A stretch of DNA of 64,000 bases from Candidatus Dojkabacteria bacterium HGW-Dojkabacteria-1 (GCA_002840365.1 PHAO01000001.1:588360-652359), one strand, 5' to 3'. Shown: positions 16,395 to 27,229, counted from the first letter of the stretch. Program-made: numbers and translations. The notes: generated from the sequence alone by a model not told the origin.

Positions 16395-16455
16395 GGTGGT
16401 CTTCGTTCTCTATTTATAGAGTTCTCCCCAAAAGAGAAAAAAGACGAAGACCACC
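16395..16455 (+). other. Multi-branched RNA/DNA hairpin: a 12-bp perfect stem ggtggtcttcgt/acgaagaccacc encloses a 37-nt loop carrying two 5-bp mini-hairpins (ctcta-ttta-tagag and ttctc-cccaaaa-gagaa); no T-run follows
   Basis: Read directly from the sequence, immediately 3' of the 15885-16382 gene. Confidence 0.45.
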
Positions 16456-16524
16456 GAAAGCACCATTTGGTATTTTAAAGAAAATTTTTACAAATATCCC
16501 TTTTAAATATATATTTAATATAGA

Positions 16525-17136
16525 ATGAAAAACTTCTATTTAAAAATAATCGTATTCCTCCTAATCATAATATCTGCCTATCTATCGGTAGAAACATACT
16601 ATACATATATACAAAACAAGAATTTCAAAATATTAAATCAAAGACACAGTCTAATTATTCAACTACCAAATGCAGAATATTTAGAACTGGTATCAAGAAA
16701 TGATCATGTAAGTGGTAATAACTTCTTACAAAGACCTTTCTCCTCAAACACAAAAATAATAAAAAATACTAACTTAGAGAACTCAATAGCAAGTACAAAT
16801 TCTCATACAGAATATGTTGAAAATGGAGACCTTGTTCGATTCTTAACTCTAACCCCAATTAGTAATCAATATATTAGAGTACAAGTAGATACTGAAACTA
16901 AGTATATGTTTCAGGAGAGTCTCTTTTACAATTTACAAATAGATTACACAAACAAAACAGAATTTACCTTGGGCGAAAACAGAATTGAATTTACTGATAA
17001 AGGATGTAAGGTAAGTATAGTAGGGGAGGACGTAAAATACTCATTTACAGACAATGGACAATCAGTAATTCTGAGTAAGCCATATGAGCCGAAAATGACT
17101 TTCAAATTCAATTTAAATATTGACTGTAACAATTAG
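16525..17136 (+). CDS. Hypothetical secreted protein (203 aa, N-terminal signal/TM)
   Basis: ORF with N-terminal hydrophobic segment IIVFLLIIISAYLSV. It overlaps the downstream membrane-protein gene by 17 bp. Confidence 0.4.
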   Translation: MKNFYLKIIVFLLIIISAYLSVETYYTYIQNKNFKILNQRHSLIIQLPNAEYLELVSRNDHVSGNNFLQRPFSSNTKIIKNTNLENSIASTNSHTEYVENGDLVRFLTLTPISNQYIRVQVDTETKYMFQESLFYNLQIDYTNKTEFTLGENRIEFTDKGCKVSIVGEDVKYSFTDNGQSVILSKPYEPKMTFKFNLNIDCNN

Positions 17137-19036
17137 TATGTTTGATGTAATAGCAATAATTGCAAATTTAGGAGTGATAATATATTTAATATTTTCTCTT
17201 TTTACTGGAGGATTAGACTCTTTTAGTTCGAACTACATCTTTATTGGCTATGTTGTATTTACAACTTTAACGTTACCTTTTTTAATATCAAAGAACATTT
17301 TTAGACAAAGATTAGTATCATTTACTACAGCATTTTCTTTTGTATATTTCCCTTTGCAATTTCTATTCACTTATCTTGTATCTAGAATAACTGGTTTCTC
17401 TTTAGGAGAGCTACTTCCTTTCTATACACTTTTCAATATTGTTCTTTGGAATATTCTTTTCATATATTTTATTCTCTCAGATGAAAGGAGTGGCGATTAC
17501 TCTGAGAAAGTATTAAAAAGAGTATATTCTGCAATCTTACCAGGTATTCTTTTTACAATATTTGCTTCGTTATTTATTAGGCAAACAGACTCTATCGTAG
17601 CCCTAGACTATTTGCAGCATCTTGTTGTACCAAACAGGATGTATTTTAGTGATATGCTTTGCATCCTACCTGGACAGTGCTCAAACCTTTTCCTACAACA
17701 TGGATATACAACTTTCTATCACATTCTTTTAGGAAATATGGTTTCCTTTTTAGGTACAGATCCTGTTAAAACAATTTTCGTTATTGACGTTATATATCCG
17801 ATAATTGTAAGTATTCCACTCTTTTACATTTTTAAAGATGTAACAAAAAGTACCCTCTGGTCTCAAGTTGGTGTCTTACTTTCACTACTAGTATTTGTAA
17901 TGGGAGGATATGACTTTGTATTTTTCATCCCTCAAACATTTGCATTATTCCTCTTCCTAATGTTCTATCGAGAGAAGAATCTTTCAAAAAAGAAGTTACT
18001 CCTAGCATCAATACTTTTAATGTTAACTCACTTTATCATTGGAACATATCTTAGTGCATTCTTGTGGGGTAGAGAGTTGATACTAAAACATATAGATAGG
18101 AGGAAGGAAGTAAAAATATATTATGTAATCCTTCTTACATCTGTAATATTTTTCATACTTACGAATATTGCAGGGTTTAGTTTTGAAAAACTTGTACAAG
18201 TAGATGAAGTGAAAGTAATAGGGAGTTTGACTAATCCCTACTATCCAAACAATCTAAATGTCTTTTGGCAGATACTAGGACCAATATGGCTCTTTGTATT
18301 AATAATATTTGTTACGAACTTCTTAGAAAGAAAAGTCTCAAAGGTATACTTAGAAGGGATAACATATATTGCAATGATAACAGTTGTTTACTTTTTAGGC
18401 CCTACATATGCAAGTAAATTTACAATTGGGATAGGGTTCTTTTCTGCACTTTTGCTTGTGAAATTCCTTTCTACTTTAAACATGAATATCTTCTTTAAGA
18501 GTTTTGTTGTTACTGCAATGATAGTAGTCTTTTCTACAAATTTTTTTGTTCAATACAATAGATATCTCGCCTTCTATACACAAGAAAATGGTAGAGTTTC
18601 TGCCATTAATGATGAAGATATGGCTATAGTGAACTACCTAAACAGAGAAAGAACCTTTTCTACAATACTTTCAGATCCGTATACACAGTTAATTGTTGCT
18701 GCATTTACAAATACAGAAACAGTACAAGCACAATATATGAATCTTGATACAAGAAAGAGCTTACTAGGGTATATCAATAAGCCATCGATTGAAACATACG
18801 AAAAATTAATCACCTCACCAGGCATACCAAAAAATGATAACTTTGATGTTTTGTATACATCAAGAATGTATAGGGCAATAAACAATCAAGATGATTCATG
18901 GATTTACAACCTTTACTCTCTGAGTATAAATAACTCTGAAGATATTGAGGATTTGAATGAGCAGTTGATAAAGGAAATGGCAAGAACAGGTAGGTATCCA
19001 GTATATGTTTCTCCTAATTTCATTCTTTTTAGATAG
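17120..19036 (+). CDS. Polytopic integral membrane protein (638 aa), putative GT-C-fold glycosyltransferase / glycan polymerase-like
   Basis: At least 12 predicted TM helices are followed by a ~150-aa soluble C-terminal domain. It lies immediately upstream of a GT4-GT2 glycosyltransferase. No specific motif recognised. Confidence 0.35.
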   Translation: MTVTISMFDVIAIIANLGVIIYLIFSLFTGGLDSFSSNYIFIGYVVFTTLTLPFLISKNIFRQRLVSFTTAFSFVYFPLQFLFTYLVSRITGFSLGELLPFYTLFNIVLWNILFIYFILSDERSGDYSEKVLKRVYSAILPGILFTIFASLFIRQTDSIVALDYLQHLVVPNRMYFSDMLCILPGQCSNLFLQHGYTTFYHILLGNMVSFLGTDPVKTIFVIDVIYPIIVSIPLFYIFKDVTKSTLWSQVGVLLSLLVFVMGGYDFVFFIPQTFALFLFLMFYREKNLSKKKLLLASILLMLTHFIIGTYLSAFLWGRELILKHIDRRKEVKIYYVILLTSVIFFILTNIAGFSFEKLVQVDEVKVIGSLTNPYYPNNLNVFWQILGPIWLFVLIIFVTNFLERKVSKVYLEGITYIAMITVVYFLGPTYASKFTIGIGFFSALLLVKFLSTLNMNIFFKSFVVTAMIVVFSTNFFVQYNRYLAFYTQENGRVSAINDEDMAIVNYLNRERTFSTILSDPYTQLIVAAFTNTETVQAQYMNLDTRKSLLGYINKPSIETYEKLITSPGIPKNDNFDVLYTSRMYRAINNQDDSWIYNLYSLSINNSEDIEDLNEQLIKEMARTGRYPVYVSPNFILFR

Positions 19037-19042
19037 GTATAA

Positions 19043-20986
19043 ATGGAAAGTACTAGAAAAGAAAAATACGACCTAATATCGGTATCACACTTTTTTCCGC
19101 CTAGAGTTGGTGGATTAGAGAATATGGCTTACAATCTTTTAAAGGGTCTTTCACAAAGGAACGTAAAATGTTTAGCTCTCTTTGGTAGTAACAAAAGAGA
19201 GTATGTAAAAGGCGATAACCTTGACTACCAAATATTTAAAGTATTTAGTACCTTTGGAGGCACATATCCTCTCTTTGGATTAAGATTCTTTCTTAATATA
19301 TTTAGAACATTAAAAGAGAATCCCAATTCAAAGGTAATTATCCATAGCAGACACCTCACAAGCAGTATCTTAACAGCAATTGCATGCTTACTTTTGAAAC
19401 ATCCATATACTGTAATTGAACACAATGGAGGGCCAGTATTCTTTAAGTCAGAGTTAGTTACAAGGTTAATAAACTGGGTTGATAGGAATGTTTTTGGATT
19501 AGTACTTCAATTTGCTGAAGATATCTTGGCTGTTTCTAAAACATCAAGACTTTGGATTCACAAAAATTTTGGAATATCAAAACAGAGAATAGGAGTAATA
19601 TACAACTCCTTTAATACTGCATACTATGCAAACAGAGTAAAAGAGAAAGAAAATATTGTAGTCTTTGCTAGCAAATGGATAAAGGTTAAAGATCCTCAAA
19701 CAACCTTAGATGCATATACTAAAATAGCGAACAATTTCCCTGATTGGAAATTCATGATGATAGGGGAGGGCAGTAATCTACAATTTGAAAGGAAAAGCTT
19801 ACCAGCCAATATTGAGATTCTAGAAAAATTACTAACTCAGGAAGAGCTTTTTGAGATATTAAGTAAATCTAAAATATATATTAACTCTTCTCTTAGTGAA
19901 GGTTTAGCGCTAGGTATCATTGAAGCTGTTTCTCTAGGAAATATCCCTATTCTCTCTAATGCAAAGAGTAATATTGAAATTGCAGAGATTTTAAAAACAA
20001 AAGATTTTACTTTTCAAAAGGGTAATACTAATGATTTAGTAAAAATCCTCAAGAAAGGAATCTATCTTTCAAAGGATGCAAAAAAGATTTCAGCTATAGT
20101 CTCTAAAAACAAGGAAGCCTTCTCAAGCGAACAGATGGTTGAAACATATTACAAAAGATTGCTTCCAAGACACTATGAAACTGCTCAAATGAAAATCCTT
20201 TCGATAGTAATTCCTTTTTACAATGAAGAAAACTTAATAACTGAATTGCTTAAGAAAGTCTCCGCGATTCAATTGCCTAGTGGAATATCAAAAGAAATCA
20301 TTCTCGTTGATGATGCTTCCAAGGATAATAGTAGGAACTTAGTTGAGAAATTTGTTGAAAAAGATGAGAATAACAACAAATATATCTTACTTAAAAACAC
20401 TCGTAACAAAGGAAAGTCACAAACTGTAAAGAAGGGTGTACTTGCTTCAACTGGAGAACTTGTTGTAGTTCAAGATGCAGATTTAGAGTATGAACCTGAG
20501 GATTTAGTTACTTTTGTCAATGAATTTATTACAAACCACAATATTGATTTCATATATGGTAATAGGTTTAACCAGAGAAACAAATTTACAGGAAGTATAC
20601 ATAGCTTAGGAAACAGATTTGTAACAATGGCTTCTAATATCTTTACAAAACCAAGAGGTTTTGCACCAAAAGATATGGAAACATGCTACAAGATGGTAAG
20701 AGGGGATATCATGAGATCAATTTTTAAAGGTTTAGAATCAGAGAGTAACTTCGGATTAGAACCTGAAATAACTGCAAAACTTGCAAGATATAGAAAACCT
20801 AATGGTAAAAAATTAAACTACAAGCAAATTGATATTTCATATGTACCTAGAACAATATCTCAGGGAAAGAAAATGAGATGGTTTAAGCATGGAGTAGAAG
20901 CTCTTTTAGAAATTTTTTACTTTAATTCAACACAGTTTACTGTAGAAGAGTATTTTAATGGTAAAAGAGTAAAAAGAAAGTTCTAA
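19043..20986 (+). CDS. Bifunctional glycosyltransferase: N-terminal GT4-like (Glycos_transf_1) domain fused to a C-terminal GT2 domain
   Basis: GT4 E-x7-E-like segment SEGLALGIIEAVSLGNIPI. The GT2 segment ILSIVIPFYNEENLI...VDDASKDNS...VQDADLEYEPED carries the DxD motif. Length 647 aa. Confidence 0.6.
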   Translation: MESTRKEKYDLISVSHFFPPRVGGLENMAYNLLKGLSQRNVKCLALFGSNKREYVKGDNLDYQIFKVFSTFGGTYPLFGLRFFLNIFRTLKENPNSKVIIHSRHLTSSILTAIACLLLKHPYTVIEHNGGPVFFKSELVTRLINWVDRNVFGLVLQFAEDILAVSKTSRLWIHKNFGISKQRIGVIYNSFNTAYYANRVKEKENIVVFASKWIKVKDPQTTLDAYTKIANNFPDWKFMMIGEGSNLQFERKSLPANIEILEKLLTQEELFEILSKSKIYINSSLSEGLALGIIEAVSLGNIPILSNAKSNIEIAEILKTKDFTFQKGNTNDLVKILKKGIYLSKDAKKISAIVSKNKEAFSSEQMVETYYKRLLPRHYETAQMKILSIVIPFYNEENLITELLKKVSAIQLPSGISKEIILVDDASKDNSRNLVEKFVEKDENNNKYILLKNTRNKGKSQTVKKGVLASTGELVVVQDADLEYEPEDLVTFVNEFITNHNIDFIYGNRFNQRNKFTGSIHSLGNRFVTMASNIFTKPRGFAPKDMETCYKMVRGDIMRSIFKGLESESNFGLEPEITAKLARYRKPNGKKLNYKQIDISYVPRTISQGKKMRWFKHGVEALLEIFYFNSTQFTVEEYFNGKRVKRKF

Positions 20987-21051
20987 TTTTGTTGACATAC
21001 ATTGACTCTCTGTCTAATATATAAACAGGTGTAAATTTACGTATATTACGC

Positions 21052-21534
21052 ATGGATGCTGCCCCACAAAATATGTCTTCATTAATACAAAATGATGGAG
21101 ATTTACTTCAGGAGAAATTAGATTCTTTTGTTAAAGAACTTCAAGGTCTTGGTTTAACTGCCGAACAGATAGAGACCATTATTACAAGTCTTACTGCTAC
21201 TGCAACAAAACAAACAATGGCAAAGATTAGTTCTTTAATGGACGATGAAGAATTTGAAAATTGGAAAAATTTTGTTGATACAGGTGCTAATACTGCACAA
21301 CAATTGGTCGTTTTAAACAGGCTTTTACTCAACAAAACAGACAAAGATTTAGATACCATACATATGGAAATTGTAGATGGATTGATAAAGAATACATTGA
21401 GTGATATTGCAAATATAAAAGATTTAAATCTAAAAATATCAAACCTTTCTCCAGAAGAAGTAGAAAAAGCAAAACAACTACTAGATGATGGAGATTATGA
21501 AGGAGCTGATAAGATTATAAATAAAGAGGAATAA
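21052..21534 (+). CDS. Hypothetical small acidic helical protein (160 aa)
   Basis: Preceded by a promoter-like TTGACA (20996-21001), 17-bp spacer and TAATAT. Acidic, helical composition. Confidence 0.45.
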   Translation: MDAAPQNMSSLIQNDGDLLQEKLDSFVKELQGLGLTAEQIETIITSLTATATKQTMAKISSLMDDEEFENWKNFVDTGANTAQQLVVLNRLLLNKTDKDLDTIHMEIVDGLIKNTLSDIANIKDLNLKISNLSPEEVEKAKQLLDDGDYEGADKIINKEE

Positions 21535-21558
21535 TATTATTTATATACATATACTGAA

Positions 21559-24500
21559 ATGAGTGACCTAAACACCGGAAGTGAGAAACCAACTGCAGAA
21601 AGACTTAGGGCTAGTTTGGAGAATGCAGAAAGGCAAGGATTTGGAAATTCCACAGGAACTTCCACTGATACAGTAAACCCTGCAACAGGAATAAGTGAAC
21701 AAGAACTAATTCCAAAAAGTGATTGGATGGAAGAAGCAATTAAAAATAGTAATCCTGAAAATAGTCCCAATCCCCCTTCTTTAAATACTAAAGAGAGTAC
21801 CGGTGCACAGGTAATAGCAAACCTACAAAAAGACTTACAAGCAATACAAGAAGAAGATTCCACCTTAACACCAAGACAACAGGCTGATTTAGATGTAACT
21901 GCTGCGATTGATAACGCATATCAAAATCAGGAAGTTGCGAAGGGACAAGATCAGGAAAGTACACCTCTCAAGAGTGCAGCAGAGATAGCTATGACTTCTA
22001 GTTCTCCCGAAAAAAGAGCTGGTTTAGAAAATCCAAATGGAGTACTCCTTGGCCAACAACAAGAAGAAAAGAGCAATAGTGAAGAATTAGAAAAGAAAGA
22101 GGAAACTAAACCAACTCCAAGTGACTCTACTCAGGAGACAACTCCTTTAAGAAGTGCCCAAGATATAGCTTTAAATGGGAAATTTCCAGAAAAAAGACCT
22201 AGCCAGGAATTTCCTAATGGGGTCTTAATTGGACAAGGAGGAAAAATTGAAGAGATAGGCAGTGTAAAAGATGAAACTCTCGTTGAAGTAAAAATACCAG
22301 ATGATAATTCAAAAAAGCAGGTCGTTATCGAAGACAAGAAGGCAGATTCTAAACCAGAAGAAAAACCAACAGACCCTAATATTGAATTAATTAATGCAAA
22401 CAAAGAACTTGTAGAAGCAGTTAACAAACTGATAAAGACATTAGAAGATCTTAAAACTACAAGTGCTAACGATCCTCAAATGCAATTAATAATTAAAAAT
22501 CTGCTAATTGGAGTAGGTAATATTGTTAATGCTGAAGGACAAAGTACAATTACAACAGGAGATGGCTCTATTAAGAATGAACTAAACCTTGGAGTAGGGG
22601 ATCAACCTACTACTGGAACCACCTCAACAGAAACACCACCTGCTGAAAAGAAAAAGGAAGGGGAAGAAAAAACAACTAAATTAGACGAACTAGAGAAACT
22701 AAACAAAGAAAAAGAAGAATTAGAAAAGAAATTAAATGATCCTAACACAACACCTGAAGAGAAGGAAAAGATACAAAAATCAATTACAGAAATTGAAGAA
22801 GTAATTGCAAAAACTGAAGCAGTTATAAAGATTGAACAACAACAGGCAGCAGAGAAAGTAACACAATTAACACAGGAAGATAAGAAGGAGATAGATGAAG
22901 CTGGTAAAAAGAGTGGTGGATTCTTAGCGACAATAACAAGAATGTTTAAAGGCGGTAAATGGAAGGGATTCTTAGCAAATGCAGGCCTTTCAACAGCATC
23001 AGCATTAGCTGTAAGTAAAATTGCAGGTGCAGTAATAGCAACAACAGGACCCGTAGGTATTGGACTTGTCGGTGCTGGTATGGCTGTATTAGGAGCAATT
23101 GCTCTTCGAAAAACATGGACAAACTTAAAAAATGTTTCTGAAGCACAAGGAATGACTGTTAGCGAGTTTGTTTCTAGAGACAAGAAATTTGCACTGAGTT
23201 TTGCACTTGGTAGTGCAATTTCAGCAACAACAAGATTAGGTCTTCCTGCAATCGTACCGGGTGTAGGACCAATATTACCATTCCTAGGTATGGCTACTGA
23301 AATAGCAATTTCAGGTGTAGCTGAAACCAGATTAAACAAACAACAACAAGAATTAGTAGAGAAATATCTCAATACATATGAAGCTAGAAGATACTCTAAG
23401 TTGAAAGAGGCAGGATATCTTGCAAGAGAAGGTGTTAACCTTCAAAAGATTGTTGCAGATATGACAGACAAGAATATTTCTGCAGATGAACAAAAAACTG
23501 CTCAAAAGACAGCTATTGCAGCTTTAGCATATCTTTACAATCAAACTAAGGATGAAAAATACAGATATCTTCATTACACCACTACAGAAAACGATCAGGA
23601 AGTTAAAAAGCAAATTGACATTGCTGGAATTGGTGTAAGCAAAGTAAAGGGAGATTCTCCTACAAACCCAATGCTAGAGCTTGAGGGTATAAACTTTGAA
23701 TCTATGGTAGATAAATTAGATTTAGAAGAACTAAAGACATTAACATTAGAAGCATCAACTCATAGCTCATTAACTGATAGGAAAGGATTAACAAACGAAA
23801 TAGTTGGATACTTTGTAGGTTTAGAAACAGTAGATGTAGAAAATCTCCTCTCTGCAGAAAGAGAGCAATATCTACAATCCGTTTCATTCTTAACAGGATT
23901 TAGAACAGGTGCAGCAGTTGCAAACTCTGCAATCCTAATCGGTTCGGGAGCTGCGTTGATTTACAATACAGTTAATGCTGAAATACAATCTTCATCTGCG
24001 GAACATAGGCAAGTAGAACAAGAGTACAGAGATAATCTGGGAGACAGTGATGCAGATGTTGACACATATGTAAGAGAAGATGGAACAAAAGTTAATACAA
24101 TCGATTTGGATAGAGACGATACTCCTGATTTAATTCACGATACAAGTACAAACGAATATACTGCAGTCACACCATTGGGAGCAGAGAAACTCTTTGAATT
24201 ACAAAATCCTGAAGTTGGAAACGTTACAGTAACAGAATTTGCATCAACCTCTACTGGAATAACTGGAACAATGGTTACAGATACAGGTGAGGTTGTTGGA
24301 GTAATATACAATGATCCAAGTGGAAGTATTGGGGTTCTTACTAATGCTCAATTAGGACAAGCACTTGGAGCAACTTCTGGTGGAGCTGCTACGGGCTTAA
24401 GTATTACAAATATTCAACCAAATGGTGTTACTAACCTAAATATTGGTGGACAAACATATACTACAAATCTTGCAGAACTAAGTAATATACCTGGCGCAAC

Positions 24501-26778
24501 AGGTACTGAAGGCAGTATTGGTATGGATCCATTAATGAGTAAGGTTGCAGCAGGAGATTCAGTACCAAGTATTCTTACAAAAATTATGCAACAAGCTAAA
24601 GAATACAATCCAAATCTCTCTCAATATGATGACTATGAACTACAAAGATCTCTTTACAGAGGAGATAGGCTTGGAAACGACTCCATGATTAGATCAGAAT
24701 TAGGGTTCACAAACCCTGTACAACCAAATCAAGAATACAGTTTAAGGAACTCACAAACAATATTAGGATGGTTAGAAGGACTTAATGGTGGACCAGTAAA
24801 CCTTCCAGGCGTTGGTTCTGGAACACCAGGAGCTCCTGGAACAAGTGGTATTAATTTTGCCTTTAATGGTCCAAATGTAAACGGTATTTCTCTTGATGGC
24901 CTCTCTCCATTATATGTTGAAGGTGCATATGATATTACCACTACGCACTTTGCAACTCTTGCAGGTGCAGCACTTGGAGCTTTTGCTCATCAGCAAGTTG
25001 GTGGCATTATCAAAACTGCTAAGGTAGATATATTTGAAAAAGAAGGAGAAACTAAAGAGCCAGACCCAACACCAAAACCCGTTACACCTCCAATAACTCC
25101 TGAAAAAGAAAAGGAATATATCTCTCAAATTTTAAGAACTCAAATCTTCTCATACACCAAAGAAGGAAAATTAAAAGTAAGCAATGGTACTTACACAATT
25201 GGTAGCTCTAAACTTATTGCAACTGATAGTGGATGGTTACTAAATGATAAACCTATCGGTAACGATCCTAAAGAAATAGACGAAATTATTACTGAATTCC
25301 TTAAACTAGAAAGAGAAGAACAAGCAAAAGTCTTAACAAATATACTTGAAAAGATGACTGTAATAAAGGGAAGTGGTAGAAGAGTAATGCTCTCTGATGG
25401 AGAAAACAAAGAAGGTAGTATTGTATTTAGAAAATTAAGAAATGGTAAATGGCAAGAGTTTAATGCTTTGGAAAATGAGCAGAGAAATCCTGGAACTCCA
25501 GAATCTAGAGAAATAATAACGGCAGGACAACTAGCAGACAGAATACTTCTCATACAAAGAGACGAACAGAAACAGATAGTAGGTAGTATAGTACCACCAA
25601 CAGCAAAGACTGCTGAATCTCAAGTATCATCTACCAATCAACAGGGTGAACAAACTACAAAGAACCCTGCAACACAAGCAGGAGCTACTACTCAACAAAC
25701 AGAACAGGAAGGAAAGAAAGCTAAAGAGGGTGCAAAACAAGGGATAGAAGCAAGTGCAAAGGTAGAAACAGAGAGTGCAGAAGGCAAAGAAGCCGAGAAG
25801 AAAGTTGAAAAGAACCAATTTACAACAGTAATTGGAAAAATCATGACTATGCTTCAAACCAGAGATACTCAAATTATCCTCAATGGACTAGACTATCGCT
25901 TCCAGAAACCAACAAAGTTATGGCAATTGGATAGTAAAGACAAGAAAGCAAGAAAGGATCTAACAAGAGAAGAAGTACTCTCTGCATATATTGCAAACTT
26001 TGATAAAAACAAAAAGGATGGAGTAAAGAATCTTGAAAAAGATGTAACAGTGATGCTACAAAGACTACAAGAAGATGGTACAACTCCAGGTAAGAGAGCT
26101 GATAAATTAGTTATTGGAACTACGACATATACAAGAATTAAAGGAAAAGGTGGAGAGTTAGTATGGAAAGGAAATGATAAAGAGAATCCTTCAAACAACA
26201 AAGTACTTTCAGACCAAGAGCTTTCTTCAAATATTGTAAGCTTAGGATCTCTTGAAGCTTCTGCCCAAACAAATACAGAACAAGCAGAGAAAACTACAGA
26301 GAAGAAAGAACAGGAGAAACCTGAAAAGAAAGGAAGAAAACTTCTTAAAGCAGCCCTTCTTGTAGTAGGGATAGGTGGAGGTATAGCAGCAGGATTAGCA
26401 GGCATAGGAGGCCCAGTTGCATTAGCAGCTACAGCAGCATCTCTTGGAACTTCGATAGGGAAAGGCATTACAAAATGGAGAGAATCCTCACTTAAAAAAC
26501 AGTATGATCAGGTGGCAAATACAGAAGAAGACACACAAAAACGTCAAGAATTGGAGAAGAAAATGGAAAGTGCAAGAAGATGGAGAGAGCGTATTGGTAC
26601 AATAGCTTGGTTAACAACTCCACTAGCAATATCATCAGGTTTAACTGCTCTTATGGCACCAGAGATTACTAGTGCTGGTATTGAGATAAAGTCATGGTTA
26701 GAAGGTGCATGGAATAGTATGGATGTAAATATTGATATAAACAGAATAAGGCAACCATTTAATATTGGTACTAAATAG
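21559..26778 (+). CDS. Giant hypothetical protein (1739 aa): disordered repeat-containing N-terminus, K/E-rich coiled coil, and two glycine-zipper hydrophobic (membrane-insertion-like) regions; no signal peptide
   Basis: Uninterrupted 5.2-kb ORF. Internal tandem repeat (S/T)TPL(K/R)SA..IA...PEKR...NPNGVL(L/I)GQ at aa ~135-230. Coiled coil at ~360-440. Hydrophobic Gly-rich segments GAVIATTGPVGIGLVGAGMAVLGAIAL (~aa 480-520) and LLVVGIGGGIAAGLAGIGGPVALAATAASLG (~aa 1600-1635). Confidence 0.6.
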   Translation: MSDLNTGSEKPTAERLRASLENAERQGFGNSTGTSTDTVNPATGISEQELIPKSDWMEEAIKNSNPENSPNPPSLNTKESTGAQVIANLQKDLQAIQEEDSTLTPRQQADLDVTAAIDNAYQNQEVAKGQDQESTPLKSAAEIAMTSSSPEKRAGLENPNGVLLGQQQEEKSNSEELEKKEETKPTPSDSTQETTPLRSAQDIALNGKFPEKRPSQEFPNGVLIGQGGKIEEIGSVKDETLVEVKIPDDNSKKQVVIEDKKADSKPEEKPTDPNIELINANKELVEAVNKLIKTLEDLKTTSANDPQMQLIIKNLLIGVGNIVNAEGQSTITTGDGSIKNELNLGVGDQPTTGTTSTETPPAEKKKEGEEKTTKLDELEKLNKEKEELEKKLNDPNTTPEEKEKIQKSITEIEEVIAKTEAVIKIEQQQAAEKVTQLTQEDKKEIDEAGKKSGGFLATITRMFKGGKWKGFLANAGLSTASALAVSKIAGAVIATTGPVGIGLVGAGMAVLGAIALRKTWTNLKNVSEAQGMTVSEFVSRDKKFALSFALGSAISATTRLGLPAIVPGVGPILPFLGMATEIAISGVAETRLNKQQQELVEKYLNTYEARRYSKLKEAGYLAREGVNLQKIVADMTDKNISADEQKTAQKTAIAALAYLYNQTKDEKYRYLHYTTTENDQEVKKQIDIAGIGVSKVKGDSPTNPMLELEGINFESMVDKLDLEELKTLTLEASTHSSLTDRKGLTNEIVGYFVGLETVDVENLLSAEREQYLQSVSFLTGFRTGAAVANSAILIGSGAALIYNTVNAEIQSSSAEHRQVEQEYRDNLGDSDADVDTYVREDGTKVNTIDLDRDDTPDLIHDTSTNEYTAVTPLGAEKLFELQNPEVGNVTVTEFASTSTGITGTMVTDTGEVVGVIYNDPSGSIGVLTNAQLGQALGATSGGAATGLSITNIQPNGVTNLNIGGQTYTTNLAELSNIPGATGTEGSIGMDPLMSKVAAGDSVPSILTKIMQQAKEYNPNLSQYDDYELQRSLYRGDRLGNDSMIRSELGFTNPVQPNQEYSLRNSQTILGWLEGLNGGPVNLPGVGSGTPGAPGTSGINFAFNGPNVNGISLDGLSPLYVEGAYDITTTHFATLAGAALGAFAHQQVGGIIKTAKVDIFEKEGETKEPDPTPKPVTPPITPEKEKEYISQILRTQIFSYTKEGKLKVSNGTYTIGSSKLIATDSGWLLNDKPIGNDPKEIDEIITEFLKLEREEQAKVLTNILEKMTVIKGSGRRVMLSDGENKEGSIVFRKLRNGKWQEFNALENEQRNPGTPESREIITAGQLADRILLIQRDEQKQIVGSIVPPTAKTAESQVSSTNQQGEQTTKNPATQAGATTQQTEQEGKKAKEGAKQGIEASAKVETESAEGKEAEKKVEKNQFTTVIGKIMTMLQTRDTQIILNGLDYRFQKPTKLWQLDSKDKKARKDLTREEVLSAYIANFDKNKKDGVKNLEKDVTVMLQRLQEDGTTPGKRADKLVIGTTTYTRIKGKGGELVWKGNDKENPSNNKVLSDQELSSNIVSLGSLEASAQTNTEQAEKTTEKKEQEKPEKKGRKLLKAALLVVGIGGGIAAGLAGIGGPVALAATAASLGTSIGKGITKWRESSLKKQYDQVANTEEDTQKRQELEKKMESARRWRERIGTIAWLTTPLAISSGLTALMAPEITSAGIEIKSWLEGAWNSMDVNIDINRIRQPFNIGTK

Positions 26779-26780
26779 AT

Positions 26781-27227
26781 ATGGATAAAGAGATAAAAAA
26801 CAAAATAGAAAAGCTAAAAGAAATGGGTATGGATGAAAAGAGATTACATGCATTAATTATGCTCGGTTTTGAGGATTTCCTTGATGAGGTTGAGCAGGAT
26901 TTAATTGAAGCAAGCCAATCAGACCTTGATTTACTTCTTTCTGAATTAGAAAACGCAAAATCTGAAGATATGAAATCAGAGGAAGCTGCAATTGTACTTC
27001 GTGATATGCTTAGAAAAGTATACGGTATAAATGCTGAGAACAAATGGAATACATTTCTACTTGGGTATCTTGACCAATGTGTTGAGGAAGGAGCCGCAAT
27101 TCAGGACTTCCTAGCCAAATTAAAAAACGATGATCCAGAGGCACTAAAACAAGTAATTGCAGCACAACAAGACCCTGACTTTGAAGCAGCGAAAGCTGCT
27201 GTAGAAGCAGCATCAAAACTAGAATAA
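26781..27227 (+). CDS. Hypothetical small acidic helical protein (148 aa), translationally coupled to the giant gene
   Basis: Its start lies 3 nt after the giant gene's stop. Highly acidic (D/E-rich). Confidence 0.45.
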   Translation: MDKEIKNKIEKLKEMGMDEKRLHALIMLGFEDFLDEVEQDLIEASQSDLDLLLSELENAKSEDMKSEEAAIVLRDMLRKVYGINAENKWNTFLLGYLDQCVEEGAAIQDFLAKLKNDDPEALKQVIAAQQDPDFEAAKAAVEAASKLE

Positions 27228-27229
27228 CC

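Noticed and set aside
22602-23372. 256-aa minus-strand ORF (and several 60-190 aa ORFs at 22131-26468) inside the giant gene
   Set aside because: They lie antisense to, or in alternative frames of, a long uninterrupted 5.2-kb plus-strand ORF. They have low-complexity translations and no start context. They are by-products of the repetitive, A/G-rich coding strand.
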